Shown here: positions 46,839 to 56,786 of the stretch, in pieces | How positions within the stretch are numbered: the stretch's first letter is position 1 | Layout of the letters: every line of letters begins with the position of its first letter | IMG/VR virus record: IMGVR_UViG_3300010396_000007 | Location: 34,678-98,677 of that record | Length of the DNA stretch: 64,000 nucleotides | DNA from: a virus | Direction: 5' to 3' (one strand) | Notes under the pieces: generated by a model | Seen by the model: only the letters and a program-made list of their open reading frames with translations | Databases searched by the model: none | What the model was told of the DNA's origin: nothing | Program-made: the position numbers and the translations under genes

Positions 46839-47231
46839 ATGAGAAATACAAAACGAATTGGAGATGTTTCGACTGCCAAAATTGCGGCAGCTTTATTAGC
46901 AAAAGGATATACGGTTTTATACCCATTCGGAGATAATGAACGTTACGATTTAGTAATAGAAAACCATAATGGATTTGAAAGAGTGCAGTGCAAGACAGGA
47001 AGACGGACAAAATCAGGTAATATTTCATTTAATACAAAAAGTGTTTCCTGTAATGGTAAAACTGTAAAAGATTATAAAGGCCAAATTGAATACTTTGGAG
47101 TCTACTATCCGTTAGACGATAGTTGTTATTTGATACCTCTTGATGTTACTGGAACTAGCGAAACAACACTTCAGTTAACACAATCGAACATGGCTCGCAG
47201 TACTAGATTGGCGAGTGATTTTAAAATTTAG
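46839..47231 (+). CDS. PD-(D/E)XK endonuclease (group I intron-associated type), free-standing between two tRNA-Ser genes
   Basis: GD..., PFGDNERYDLV, RVQCKT, YKGQIEYFGVY. Confidence 0.85.
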   Translation: MRNTKRIGDVSTAKIAAALLAKGYTVLYPFGDNERYDLVIENHNGFERVQCKTGRRTKSGNISFNTKSVSCNGKTVKDYKGQIEYFGVYYPLDDSCYLIPLDVTGTSETTLQLTQSNMARSTRLASDFKI

Positions 47232-47235
47232 GTTT

Positions 47236-47329
47236 GGAGGGTTGGCAGAGTAGAAATGCTGCGGTCTTGAAAACCGACGACTGCGCCGACAATCGGACAG
47301 CGAGCGTGCAAATCGTTCACCCTCCTCCA
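47236..47329 (+). tRNA. tRNA-Ser(TGA)
   Basis: CGGT CTTGAAA ACCG; long variable arm; TCCA. Confidence 0.85.
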
Positions 47330-47342
47330 CATTAGGAGTATT

Positions 47343-47567
47343 ATGGAAAAAGAATATGTACGAGTTTTAGGGGTAGAATTCCATCAGACAGTTGATGCTC
47401 CTCTAAATCATGTTGAAATTCACCCGCTGTTGTTTAGTGATCTTCTTAACGCTATTCCGGGTACAGATACCATAGATATTTTGATTCACAACGCTATACT
47501 ACCTGAAATCACTATGGAGCAGAAGGTAGAGCAGTTGAAGCAGCAGTACGAAGCGCAGAAAGGATAA
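47343..47567 (+). CDS. Hypothetical protein
   Basis: AGGAG RBS. Confidence 0.55.
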   Translation: MEKEYVRVLGVEFHQTVDAPLNHVEIHPLLFSDLLNAIPGTDTIDILIHNAILPEITMEQKVEQLKQQYEAQKG

Positions 47568-47568
47568 C

Positions 47569-47802
47569 ATGTCTAGTACAACAACACATACTTGTGACCG
47601 ATGTGGCAATAGTTGCAATGGCGACACCTACATCAAAGAACTTAGACGTAATTACAAAGAATATAGATTAAAGAATACAGTATTTTATTTTGAAATGTGT
47701 GAAACATGTTGGAAAGAGTTTCTAGACTTTATAAAAATTGTGGACCCGAAGCCGGTAGAGAAGCTACCTAGACGTAGTTATCTTAGAGCATTTTGGGGAT
47801 AA
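47569..47802 (+). CDS. Small zinc-finger protein
   Basis: CDRC...MCETC. Confidence 0.6.
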   Translation: MSSTTTHTCDRCGNSCNGDTYIKELRRNYKEYRLKNTVFYFEMCETCWKEFLDFIKIVDPKPVEKLPRRSYLRAFWG

Positions 47803-47813
47803 GAAAGGGAAGT

Positions 47814-48491
47814 ATGTCAGATAGAATTTGGTTTACCAGTGACGAGCATTTCGGGCACGCGAACATCATTCAGTTCTGCAACCGTCCATTTAAGGACACC
47901 GTAGAGATGCAAGAAGCACTTATTGACCGCCACAACGAAGTGGTGAAGGCCGGGGACCGTGTGTACCATCTCGGTGACATGTATTGGCGCTCCACTTCAG
48001 AAGAACAGGCTCTAGCTATTAGATACCGTTTGAATGGGCAGCATTATTACATCTATGGCAACCACGATGAAGTCTTCCATAAATCCCAACGGGTTAGAGA
48101 ATCATTCATCTGGTGCAAGGAACGTTTCAACCTGAAGGTGCCGGGATATCCGAACATTGTGCTTGACCATTTTGCCATGGAAACTTGGAATGGCTCCCAC
48201 AAAGGGGCCTATCAGTTATTCGGACACGAGCACGCTGCGCGCTCCATGGATGTTATTTCTGGTTTGAAGCTAGAAGTCGGTGTTGATTGCTGGAATTACT
48301 ATCCTGTATCGTTCGAAACGGTAACGGAGATTCTAGGTAGGAAGGCCGAAGCAACTGTCCACAAGTTTTGGTCCTGCAATAATGTTGAATGCAAACATCG
48401 GTTCAATGCTGTAGATAAGGAACCAAAGATTTGTGCGAAGTGCGGTTCGACTATGAAGTTAATGAGTAGATTTGAGGAGGCAAGACCGTGA
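47814..48491 (+). CDS. Calcineurin-like metallophosphoesterase with C-terminal Zn ribbon
   Basis: SDEHFGH, LGD, GNHD, FGHEH, VGVD; start ATG 47814. Confidence 0.9.
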   Translation: MSDRIWFTSDEHFGHANIIQFCNRPFKDTVEMQEALIDRHNEVVKAGDRVYHLGDMYWRSTSEEQALAIRYRLNGQHYYIYGNHDEVFHKSQRVRESFIWCKERFNLKVPGYPNIVLDHFAMETWNGSHKGAYQLFGHEHAARSMDVISGLKLEVGVDCWNYYPVSFETVTEILGRKAEATVHKFWSCNNVECKHRFNAVDKEPKICAKCGSTMKLMSRFEEARP

Positions 48492-48619
48492 TAGATGAGG
48501 ATGAAATTTATACGGAAGAATGCCCACTATGCAGTTGGTCTACTCATTGCAACGACCCGATGAAAGCAGATGAGAATTTAGATAAACACATGAAAGAAAA
48601 ACACTCGGAGGTAAAATGA
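48488..48619 (+). CDS. Small C2H2-type zinc-finger protein
   Basis: GTG start; CPLC...HMKEKH. Confidence 0.5.
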   Translation: MIDEDEIYTEECPLCSWSTHCNDPMKADENLDKHMKEKHSEVK

Positions 48620-49257
48620 AGATTGTAGCATTTTCAGACACTCACGCTCACCATCGGGAAGTTACTTTACCTGATGGTGACGTTCTTGTGTTTGCCGGGG
48701 ACTTGATGACGTGTGGGCGAAAGTTCAACGAAGTGGTCAGCTTTGCCGATTGGTTTATGAAGCAGCCTCACAAGCACAAAATCCTTGTGGCAGGCAACCA
48801 TGACCGCTTATTTGAAACGCAGCGCCCTCTCTGTGTCGGTGAATTTCACAACAGAGGCCCGGTTTCATACTTACAGGATAGCGGAACGGCTATTGACGGT
48901 GTTAAGTTCTGGGGTAGTCCAGTGCAGCCGTGGTTTTACGATTGGGCATTTAACGTGCATCGCGGTCCTGAAATTATGAAGCATTGGAATTTGATTCCTC
49001 ACGGAACGGATGTGCTGATTACTCATGGACCGCCAAAGGGACACGGAGATTTGACGGCTAATCATTGGGGAAACGAAAGTGTAGGATGCGAAGACTTACT
49101 CTATCGCATCAACGATGTGAAGCCGAAGATTAGTATCTTTGGGCACATCCACAATGGATATGGAATTACTACAAACGGAGTCACTTCTTTTCATAATGTC
49201 TCCATTTGTGATGAAGAGTACAGCCCTGTTAACGAACCACATGTGATTGAACTATGA
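48616..49257 (+). CDS. Metallophosphoesterase (MPPED/239FB-like)
   Basis: SDTH, AGD, AGNHD, LITHGPP, FGHIH. Confidence 0.9.
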   Translation: MKIVAFSDTHAHHREVTLPDGDVLVFAGDLMTCGRKFNEVVSFADWFMKQPHKHKILVAGNHDRLFETQRPLCVGEFHNRGPVSYLQDSGTAIDGVKFWGSPVQPWFYDWAFNVHRGPEIMKHWNLIPHGTDVLITHGPPKGHGDLTANHWGNESVGCEDLLYRINDVKPKISIFGHIHNGYGITTNGVTSFHNVSICDEEYSPVNEPHVIEL

Positions 49258-49354
49258 TTTACATGCTTGATAAACAGTGGAGCACACCTATTAGGAACTT
49301 TATTGGGCGAATTAACAGGGTAGTATTTTGGGGTAAACCCGGAAAGGTAATTGA

Positions 49355-50023
49355 ATGGCCGTCGATTTTAGAGCAGGAGCCTACACGGCGCTCCACAAAT
49401 ATATCAGAGCCGGGGGAAACGAAAATATAGTCCTTCACGAAATAATATCAGTCGATGGAGGACCAACACGTTATGCTGTAAGATGCAACGTTTGTAACTA
49501 TTCAGCGGAATGGACGTATAATATCCATGAGCAGTATGGAATCGAGCTTGACCTTGTAAATGGCTTTTGTAAGGCGCACGAACATTTACCGAAACTATCG
49601 CAGCCTATAACCAACGAAACTGTGCTAACGAAGAGTATGGTTCAAAATTATTCTGATATGCTAATACACCCAAAGATGAAAGAGGATATCGAGGCAGACG
49701 GCGACCCGTTCAACCTGCTAGGAGACATTAAAGTACACGTAGCCAAGGCGCGGCAGATAGTTGCAATCTCTTCTACTGGTATTAAGTTTGTAGCAAGAAA
49801 GTCGAACTTCAACGTCGATGTTCAAAATAAGAACGGACTGTATCGAGGATATTGTAACATATGCGGGAAGGATATGTCCCTTACGCGCGAAGAAATTCTT
49901 GACTTGGACAAAGAAAAAGCGTCCTTGGATTTTGATGAGTTCCTAAAAATTCATTTGCACGATGGAAGCGATAGGGAATTACCGAAGGGAAGAAAATTCA
50001 GACATGCGAGCAAACAGGGATGA
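49355..50023 (+). CDS. Hypothetical protein with two CxxC..H modules and GRKFR near the C-terminus
   Basis: CNVC...FCKAHEH; CNIC...FLKIHLH; ELPKGRKFR. Confidence 0.6.
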   Translation: MAVDFRAGAYTALHKYIRAGGNENIVLHEIISVDGGPTRYAVRCNVCNYSAEWTYNIHEQYGIELDLVNGFCKAHEHLPKLSQPITNETVLTKSMVQNYSDMLIHPKMKEDIEADGDPFNLLGDIKVHVAKARQIVAISSTGIKFVARKSNFNVDVQNKNGLYRGYCNICGKDMSLTREEILDLDKEKASLDFDEFLKIHLHDGSDRELPKGRKFRHASKQG

Positions 50024-50705
50024 AATACTCAGTCTAGTCAAAGCGAATCTCCCTTTGGGCACGAGCGCAAACATGACAAGCACGGAGCTTGATTATATTG
50101 CGAGTCTGGAAGGGGACTACCGACAGCTTGCGGTTCTTCAGGCGGTGGAGGGTCAGCTTATCCGCAATGGATTACTGAAGGAATCCCAGATTCTCAAGGC
50201 TGAGATAAATTCCCTTGGTGCTCTCATATCCGCACAAGAGGTAAAAGCCTACAACGATAAACAGGCGTGGGCGGATAAATACGGGAACTACCGATACGGA
50301 ACTATTAACAAGGTACACGATAAACTGAAAGCTGCTGTCAGCAATGAACCGATACCTTGGGAAGAGTTTGATTGCGTAAAGTGTAACGACACCGGATGGT
50401 TAGCTAATTACAATACCATCGGGCCAAAGGGAAAGGTTCCTTGTTCTTGTGAGAAGGGACAGGAGAAGACTAAGAAGACTGATTACATGGGGCCGGTTAC
50501 TCCCATTCCGACGAAGCCTAAACCTAATCCTTACGGAGAGGCAGAGAAAAAGCAGAAAGCCGCTCTAGCCGCGTTAGAGAAAAAGATTGCAGCAGAAGAG
50601 GCTAAACTGGCTGACATACAGACAGCAACTGGGATAGCCATGGTAACCCAGATGATTGCACAGGGACCGCCTGAGTTGCCGAGAAAAGGAAGGAAGTTTA
50701 GATGA
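50004..50705 (+). CDS. Hypothetical protein with CxxC..CxC and C-terminal GRKFR
   Basis: CVKCNDTGW...CSCEKG; ends ELPRKGRKFR*; likely start ATG 50004. Confidence 0.6.
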   Translation: MRANRDEILSLVKANLPLGTSANMTSTELDYIASLEGDYRQLAVLQAVEGQLIRNGLLKESQILKAEINSLGALISAQEVKAYNDKQAWADKYGNYRYGTINKVHDKLKAAVSNEPIPWEEFDCVKCNDTGWLANYNTIGPKGKVPCSCEKGQEKTKKTDYMGPVTPIPTKPKPNPYGEAEKKQKAALAALEKKIAAEEAKLADIQTATGIAMVTQMIAQGPPELPRKGRKFR

Positions 50706-50831
50706 GGTATAAACCATTACCAGATATACATTGCATGAATTGCTTTAAACTTATAGTAGATAGTGTCAAGAAAGGTTACCTTAAGTACTTCTGCGATACT
50801 TGTCTACAGATAGACACGAAAGAGGAGGAAC

Positions 50832-51431
50832 ATGAACAGCAACAACAAACCATGGTCGGCAGACTTCTTTAACGCGCAGCTACAGGCAAGCATCGAGCTT
50901 GAGATGTTACGTAGAAACTCTAACCAACACGCCATCGAGACTCTAGTAAAGATGTATACACGAGTGATTGACCAGCTTGAGGAGCAACTTGAGTATGAGA
51001 AGCTGAAGACTGATGCTTATCGGATGGTCTGGTCTGCTAGAGAATACCTGAAATCTCTGCCGCAAACACAAGGCACAGATATTGCCATCCACCAAGTTCT
51101 ATCCCGCGCACTTAATACGCTTGACGCCGAGCGCGTGGACGGTATGGCTATCCGGGAGAAGTATAACCCCAAGGTAGCGAAGCTGAAGAAGAGATGTGCC
51201 TGTACGTATCCCAATCAAGCTTGCTCCGAATGTGTTGATACTAAGGAATGGACAAAGCATTGGCGTCCTTGTGATCTAGTATACCCTGCACCCAAACGTG
51301 ACACAGATACAAAGGTTTATTACGACCAATCTAAGTGTAATACCGGCATGACCCTCTGCAAAGACGAACCGAAGGACCAAGAAGCTGCTCCACAGGAACC
51401 CAAATGGCGTCCTAAAGGTCCGCGCTGCTAA
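50832..51431 (+). CDS. Hypothetical protein
   Basis: GAGGAGGAAC-ATG. Confidence 0.6.
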   Translation: MNSNNKPWSADFFNAQLQASIELEMLRRNSNQHAIETLVKMYTRVIDQLEEQLEYEKLKTDAYRMVWSAREYLKSLPQTQGTDIAIHQVLSRALNTLDAERVDGMAIREKYNPKVAKLKKRCACTYPNQACSECVDTKEWTKHWRPCDLVYPAPKRDTDTKVYYDQSKCNTGMTLCKDEPKDQEAAPQEPKWRPKGPRC

Positions 51432-51468
51432 TACAACCCTCCTTCCTGCCCTTCCTAGACAATAAACG

Positions 51469-51496
51469 AGCCTCCGGTCATCCGGGGGCTTTTCTG
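51469..51496 (+). terminator. Rho-independent terminator
   Basis: agcctccgg-tcat-ccggggct-tttct. Confidence 0.6.
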
Positions 51497-52239
51497 TGCC
51501 TCTACGGGGCTAAAATCACATATCCCCTACTACAACTAATAAATTAATAGGTCTATATCCGACTATAGTACTGTGCGCCATACAGTGTATGCCAACTAGT
51601 GTACCATCCTTTTCCCAAGAGGACCCATATGGGACCCTAAAGCCCTTACGTATCTATACGTTATAGGGTCCCCTTTCCCTACTACCATCCTAATAACAAC
51701 CTGTTAACGTGTGGCCGGGTCCGCTTGCACGCGCGAGGCGAAGGGATGGCGAACCCTGCCGGGTAGGGCTAAAAGCAGGGTTGGTTTGGAGTCCCATGAT
51801 TCTAAAGGGTTTAACCTACGATGAGTTTCGTAGACTCACATTCTGTTAGTGAGTGTCGGCAGATATCGGCATCTGTTACCATGTGTCACATTCTGTAAGT
51901 TATTGATTAAATGGAGGGTAACCCTCCGTGTATCCATTACGTAGTATTGAATACAAAATTAATAAACTAGTTGATAACGGCTAATCCTTACCTGTTAACC
52001 TTTGTGCCTAGCCAATCACCGGACATATAATACAGGCAAAGCGTACACGATACGCAAGTAAAGCTATTTATCTCTTCTCTGTTATAGGGTATATTCGCTA
52101 TTCCCATTGCTCGGGATTGGCTCACTTGCGTATAGTATACGTTTAGTAATGGTCTGTTACGCTTCTATTGTCTATCTAGTATATAGGGTATTTCCATTGC
52201 CCCATTACCCCTGTATGGCGAGTTAGAAACGCGTATTGT

Positions 52240-52593
52240 TTACGCTCGGGATAGATAGGCTATTGCGCTAGTGAGCGTATCTGTACGGTCATTAGATGCC
52301 CCTAGCAGGGTATTGCAGGAATGACACAACAAACCCCGCACACGTCCGGTAATGTGACAATGATCTACCATTAGCCCATTACGTTTTGAACGTCCGGGAA
52401 GCTTGCAATCCTCATGCCATTTACTACATATTGCACATCTATAATCTTGACTCTTAAGTAACGTATTATATACGTCTAAAGTAATCTTGTAATTCTTCCA
52501 AAGGTTAGCGGCAAATCTACATTGAACGCATTTTATATCCCTTGCGCGTTTAGTTCTCTCTGCCGATGCCATGCCACATATTTTACACTTCAT
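52240..52593 (-). CDS. Endonuclease VII-family protein
   Basis: CAIC...VDHCHITGRVRGLLCHSCN. Confidence 0.85.
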   Translation of the reverse strand: MKCKICGMASAERTKRARDIKCVQCRFAANLWKNYKITLDVYNTLLKSQDYRCAICSKWHEDCKLPGRSKRNGLMVDHCHITGRVRGLLCHSCNTLLGASNDRTDTLTSAIAYLSRA

Positions 52594-52717
52594 AGCAATT
52601 TAGATGCCAAATTCAGTAATTCGATTCATTTATTTTAACTATTTTCTATAACTGTATTACACATAGTATGACAATCTACATGTGTTCATTACCGGACAAT
52701 TGTTATAAATATCCCAT

Positions 52718-52865
52718 AGTAAAGCGATTTATCTATTCACTAAAAAACAGTGATTAAGTAAAGCGATTTACTTGAGGGTTTCGTAAGTCCTTTAGAATTG
52801 ATGGTAAATCGGTTTACTGTTCATTTTCGCACATATCCATTGCTCGCGAGATAAATCGCTTTACT
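52718..52865. repeat. Cluster of quasi-palindromic AGTAAAGCGATTTA(CT) repeats
   Basis: Copies at 52718, 52757, inverted at 52804 and 52852; further copies at 52057 and 58107. Confidence 0.8.
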
Positions 52866-53202
52866 TGAATTTGGGCGTTTTTTGGCTAGGGTAGGACGTT
52901 TTTATCGCCCCCGATGCCATACAGAGCTTTATAGGAATTTCCATTCTAATATACTACATAGGGTATTCTAAAGGAGTTATGAGCCATTCTCAAATTGAGA
53001 AAAAAGCGAATAAATAGCGAACGGTTCCAAGCATGGCGAGCGCATCTATATAGAGCATGAAAAAAAAGTTGTTGCATTAGAGCTTTTCTATGCTAGACTC
53101 TGTTACATGAAATCAATCATCGAATATCGAAACGAGTTAGTAATTGGAATCGGCATGGCTGCATTTATCATCGGATTTGCAATTCAACTAGGATGGTAGA
53201 CA

Positions 53203-53592
53203 ATGAATCAACGTAAACACGTCTCACAGATGAGCCTAGAGGAAAAGCAAGCTCTAGAGAGCTTTGCCCATTCTCTACCCCGGTACAATTGGCAGCATAA
53301 CCCGCATGTGAGTCAACGGATGATCGAAAAGCGTATATCGGAGCATGAGCTAACGTTAGCATTGCGCAAGGGTACAGTAATTGAATGCCATGCCAACAAT
53401 TACCCCGATATACGCTTTGTACTCCGGTACACGATAGGGAATCGCGCTATATGTGCTTGCGCGTCACATCGGGGTAACGTAGTAACGGTTTGGGCTAACA
53501 ATGCATCGGATAACCATAAGACGTTAGATGCGTCACAGTATCAGTGGAAAGCAGATTTAACACGCGTATTGGATACGCTGAAAAGAGGATAA
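53203..53592 (+). CDS. DUF4258-like protein
   Basis: HVSQRMIEKRISEHELTLALRKG.VIE...VVTVW. Confidence 0.6.
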   Translation: MNQRKHVSQMSLEEKQALESFAHSLPRYNWQHNPHVSQRMIEKRISEHELTLALRKGTVIECHANNYPDIRFVLRYTIGNRAICACASHRGNVVTVWANNASDNHKTLDASQYQWKADLTRVLDTLKRG

Positions 53593-53783
53593 CCCATGCT
53601 TTTAACAGGTAACTGGTATAAAATGAACTTTGAGCGTAACGGGGATATTGTTACCATTACGATTAAATCAACCCGTAATTCATGGGGGACAAAGATTAAA
53701 CTAGCCGTTAGCCTAGCCGAAAGAATCAGGGACGGATTAAATCTAACCCTCTAACCCATAGGGGCATAGTTGCCCCTGATCTA

Positions 53784-54041
53784 TTGGAGGATAGCACTAT
53801 GGTCGTTGTTCTAGTAATTCTCGCCTTTATCGCCGTATTTGCTGTAACGGTGATTGCGTTAACCATACACAATGCAAAGCAAGCGGATAAGCTAGCCAAA
53901 CTCGAAGAACAAAAGCAAGCTCTTACATTGCTAGCACATGCAATGGAATATCTCACTAAAGAGGGCATTGGATATAACCTTGAATGGACTAGCGCGCGTG
54001 TGATACTCGAAACCGCTATGTATAACGTATTGTATACATAG
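53784..54041 (+). CDS. Small membrane protein
   Basis: N-terminal TM helix; likely ATG 53799. Confidence 0.55.
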   Translation: MEDSTMVVVLVILAFIAVFAVTVIALTIHNAKQADKLAKLEEQKQALTLLAHAMEYLTKEGIGYNLEWTSARVILETAMYNVLYT

Positions 54042-54126
54042 GGTTTAAAATGGGGGTTGCATTATGCCCCCTGATCTAGTAATCTTGTATGGTATCAATT
54101 TGCAGTAATGAGAGGACGGGGAAAAG

Positions 54127-55689
54127 ATGACGAAATTTGCAAAGCAATTCAAAGCAGCACATGCTGTGAGTACTCCACTGGTAACGGTGCGCACATTTGA
54201 CGCAAAAAGCACCATTGACCATGTTTCTACCATGCCGTTACGCTTTAAGGATAAGGACGATAACCCCATTTTCGCCCCTGCTACAGAGCATGTATCTATC
54301 ATTGTTTGGGATTGTATATACGGCATGGTCGCGAAGAATGATAGGGGCAAAGCTAGCCTTAAACAAGCTTTGAGCACTATTGGTGTGCCAAGCTTGGATG
54401 CTACCGCAGATTTACCCATCGCCTTAAGGGTTGCAGGGGTTATAGGGGAGGACGTGATTCTATTCCTCTCTAATGCACATCTTTGGTGGAGTGAAAGAGA
54501 AATCATTCAAGGGGTTTGGAATTTGCGCGATAGCTTTAAGCTCTGGGGTTCTATGCTTGTTTTGCTTACAGGTAACGGCGCTATTCTACCCTCAGAGCTT
54601 ACAAACGATTTTCTAGTATTAGATGAGCCATTACCCACTAAAGAGGATTTGACGGGCATTATCCGGGATACATTCGAGTTTGCCTCACTTTCTGCCCCGT
54701 CCGATGCCGTTATAAACGATGCCGTTAAAGCTCTTACGGGTTTGCCTGCATTCATCGCAGAGCAGAGCACAGCTATGTGCTTGGATATAGATGCTGCCAA
54801 GCTAGACTTGGATGGGCTATGGGAGCGCAAGCGTACCGCGATTAATCAAACGCGTGGACTCACAGTACTCCAAACCGATGCAAACCTTGATAACATCGGG
54901 GGTTTAGAACAGTTCAAGCAATATCTAGAGCGGATTATGAACGGTAAAAACCGTCCTAACGTGATTTGCCTATGGGATGAAATTGAAAAGAGCTTTGCAG
55001 GCATGGGGACCGATACATCAGGAACAACTACAAAGATGGGTGGAAACATCCTTACATGGTCTAACGATATCGCCATGCAGGGTATTATTGCGCTAGGCGT
55101 ACCGGGGGCAGGTAAAACGGAAATCGTTAAAGCTATCGGCAACAAATACGGGGTTTTAGTTATCGCCGTTAACCCTGCCGATATGGAATCGGGCATTGTC
55201 GGCAGTAGTAACGAATATCTCCGTAATGCACAAGCTATGCTTGACTCCATTTCAGACAAGAAAATTCTATCCATTGCCACATGCAATAAAGCAGAATCAT
55301 TGTCCCCAGAATTGAAAAGACGGTTTGCCAATAAGGGGTTGTTTTTCTTCGATGCGCCTACAGAAACAGAGCGCAAGAGCATTTGGGATATCTACATTTC
55401 GAAGTACAAGCTTGATGCGCAAAACATGCCTAACGATAACGGTTGGACGGGGGCGGAAATTAAAGCATGCGCGATGCAAGCATACGATTTGAATATCTCG
55501 CTTGAAGATGCTAGTAAATATGTCGTGCCCGTTACGGTGTCCGATGCCTCTACAATCGAAGCTTTACGGGTTTACTGCTCGAATCGTATGCTTTCGGCAT
55601 CATACCCCGGAACGTATACGTATAAAGAGCAAGAAACCCCCTTGCAGGGGCAGGAAACCATATCTCATACGGGCCGGAAGATGAGATAA
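54127..55689 (+). CDS. Ycf46-like AAA+ ATPase with rearranged Walker motifs
   Basis: VICLWDEIEK (54961) precedes GVPGAGKT (55096); ATCN sensor 1, PELKRRF, WTGAEI. Confidence 0.85.
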   Translation: MTKFAKQFKAAHAVSTPLVTVRTFDAKSTIDHVSTMPLRFKDKDDNPIFAPATEHVSIIVWDCIYGMVAKNDRGKASLKQALSTIGVPSLDATADLPIALRVAGVIGEDVILFLSNAHLWWSEREIIQGVWNLRDSFKLWGSMLVLLTGNGAILPSELTNDFLVLDEPLPTKEDLTGIIRDTFEFASLSAPSDAVINDAVKALTGLPAFIAEQSTAMCLDIDAAKLDLDGLWERKRTAINQTRGLTVLQTDANLDNIGGLEQFKQYLERIMNGKNRPNVICLWDEIEKSFAGMGTDTSGTTTKMGGNILTWSNDIAMQGIIALGVPGAGKTEIVKAIGNKYGVLVIAVNPADMESGIVGSSNEYLRNAQAMLDSISDKKILSIATCNKAESLSPELKRRFANKGLFFFDAPTETERKSIWDIYISKYKLDAQNMPNDNGWTGAEIKACAMQAYDLNISLEDASKYVVPVTVSDASTIEALRVYCSNRMLSASYPGTYTYKEQETPLQGQETISHTGRKMR

Positions 55690-55752
55690 ACCCATTCCGG
55701 GGGTTGCAATATTACCCCCGGTATGATCTAATCTAGTGAGATGAGGTAAGCA

Positions 55753-56181
55753 ATGAGCGCATATAGCACAAATCAAACGCAATTCCGGGAATTGCCTTTA
55801 CTGCTGAAAGCATTAGAGGAAATGGGATTTGATGCTTCAAAGGTCGAAGTACACGAAACCGCGCAACCTTTGATAGACTTTCAAGGTCATCGTACACATT
55901 ATGTGGACGCTACCGGGGATAAGGCGGAAATTATCATCCGTCGTAAGTATGTAGGCGGTATGGCTAATGATATCGGGTTTAGGAAAACGGCATCGGGGAC
56001 CTATGAAGCTATCATTTCCGCCTATGATAGCAGCAGGTATTCTCAAGCATGGTTAGGTAAGTTATCTGCTGCATACGCTCGCCATGGGTTGATAGTTAAG
56101 ATGGCTAGCAAGGGTTTTAAGTATGCAGGTAATGGGGTTAAACAGGGAACTAAAACCCAAATGCAATTTGTGAAAGCATAG
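55753..56181 (+). CDS. DUF1257-like protein
   Basis: MSAY...LLKALEEMGF...AEIIIRR...DIGF...YEAIISAYD. Confidence 0.7.
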   Translation: MSAYSTNQTQFRELPLLLKALEEMGFDASKVEVHETAQPLIDFQGHRTHYVDATGDKAEIIIRRKYVGGMANDIGFRKTASGTYEAIISAYDSSRYSQAWLGKLSAAYARHGLIVKMASKGFKYAGNGVKQGTKTQMQFVKA

Positions 56182-56198
56182 AGAGGACGAGGGCAGGT

Positions 56199-56393
56199 AT
56201 GGCTCAAATTGTAAAAGTGACCGTTGACGATAATACCGGGGAATTCGACGTTGATTTAACGGGGTTCCATGGTAAAGGTTGTGACGCAATCATTGCAGCA
56301 TGTGGGGAGCTTGGAGAGATTAAAACCCATATCCACAAATCCGAGTATAACGAAAAAGAAAAAGTTACCATCGGCAGGGTTGTAAAGCAGTAA
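56199..56393 (+). CDS. DUF2997-like protein
   Basis: V.VD..GE..VD..GF.G.GC......LG......SEY. Confidence 0.7.
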   Translation: MAQIVKVTVDDNTGEFDVDLTGFHGKGCDAIIAACGELGEIKTHIHKSEYNEKEKVTIGRVVKQ

Positions 56394-56456
56394 ACATTTC
56401 GGCTAGGGACCGTTTACACGGTTTAAACATCCTAGCCGAATGATCTAGAGGTAAGC

Positions 56457-56786
56457 ATGAATCACGTTACTGTAAGCTTGGATGAGTCTACCGGGGATTA
56501 TACCTTTTTGGTATCTGACGATACACGGAGCTTGCTAGACGCTACCAGTACCGTTAGACGCGCGTCCCATGTAGAACCCGTTAACCCTATCGCGCGCGCT
56601 GCATTCTATACGCTCCGTGCATTGTTTGGCGAGTATGGCAGGGTTGCAAGTTTTACACGGGTTTGGGGTTGTCTATGGCGAGTAAATCTCTCTCCGGTAA
56701 ACGGTCCGATACTCCCCGATACATACCGCGATAGGCAAAAAGCGATAGACGCTGAAATCATATGGTTGGAAAATAACTTTTTATAG
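56457..56786 (+). CDS. Hypothetical protein
   Basis: GAGG RBS; RRASHVEP...W.V.L....GP.L....DR..AI.AE..WL. Confidence 0.6.
   Translation: MNHVTVSLDESTGDYTFLVSDDTRSLLDATSTVRRASHVEPVNPIARAAFYTLRALFGEYGRVASFTRVWGCLWRVNLSPVNGPILPDTYRDRQKAIDAEIIWLENNFL

Noticed and set aside
43972-47028. ORF-track ORFs across the RNA island (44225, 45077, 45096, 45802, 46206, 46759)
   Set aside because: They overlap tRNA/ncRNA genes, mostly antisense; spurious
52718-52865. Mini CRISPR array
   Set aside because: Repeats are only 14-16 nt, in mixed orientation and irregularly spaced; no cas genes
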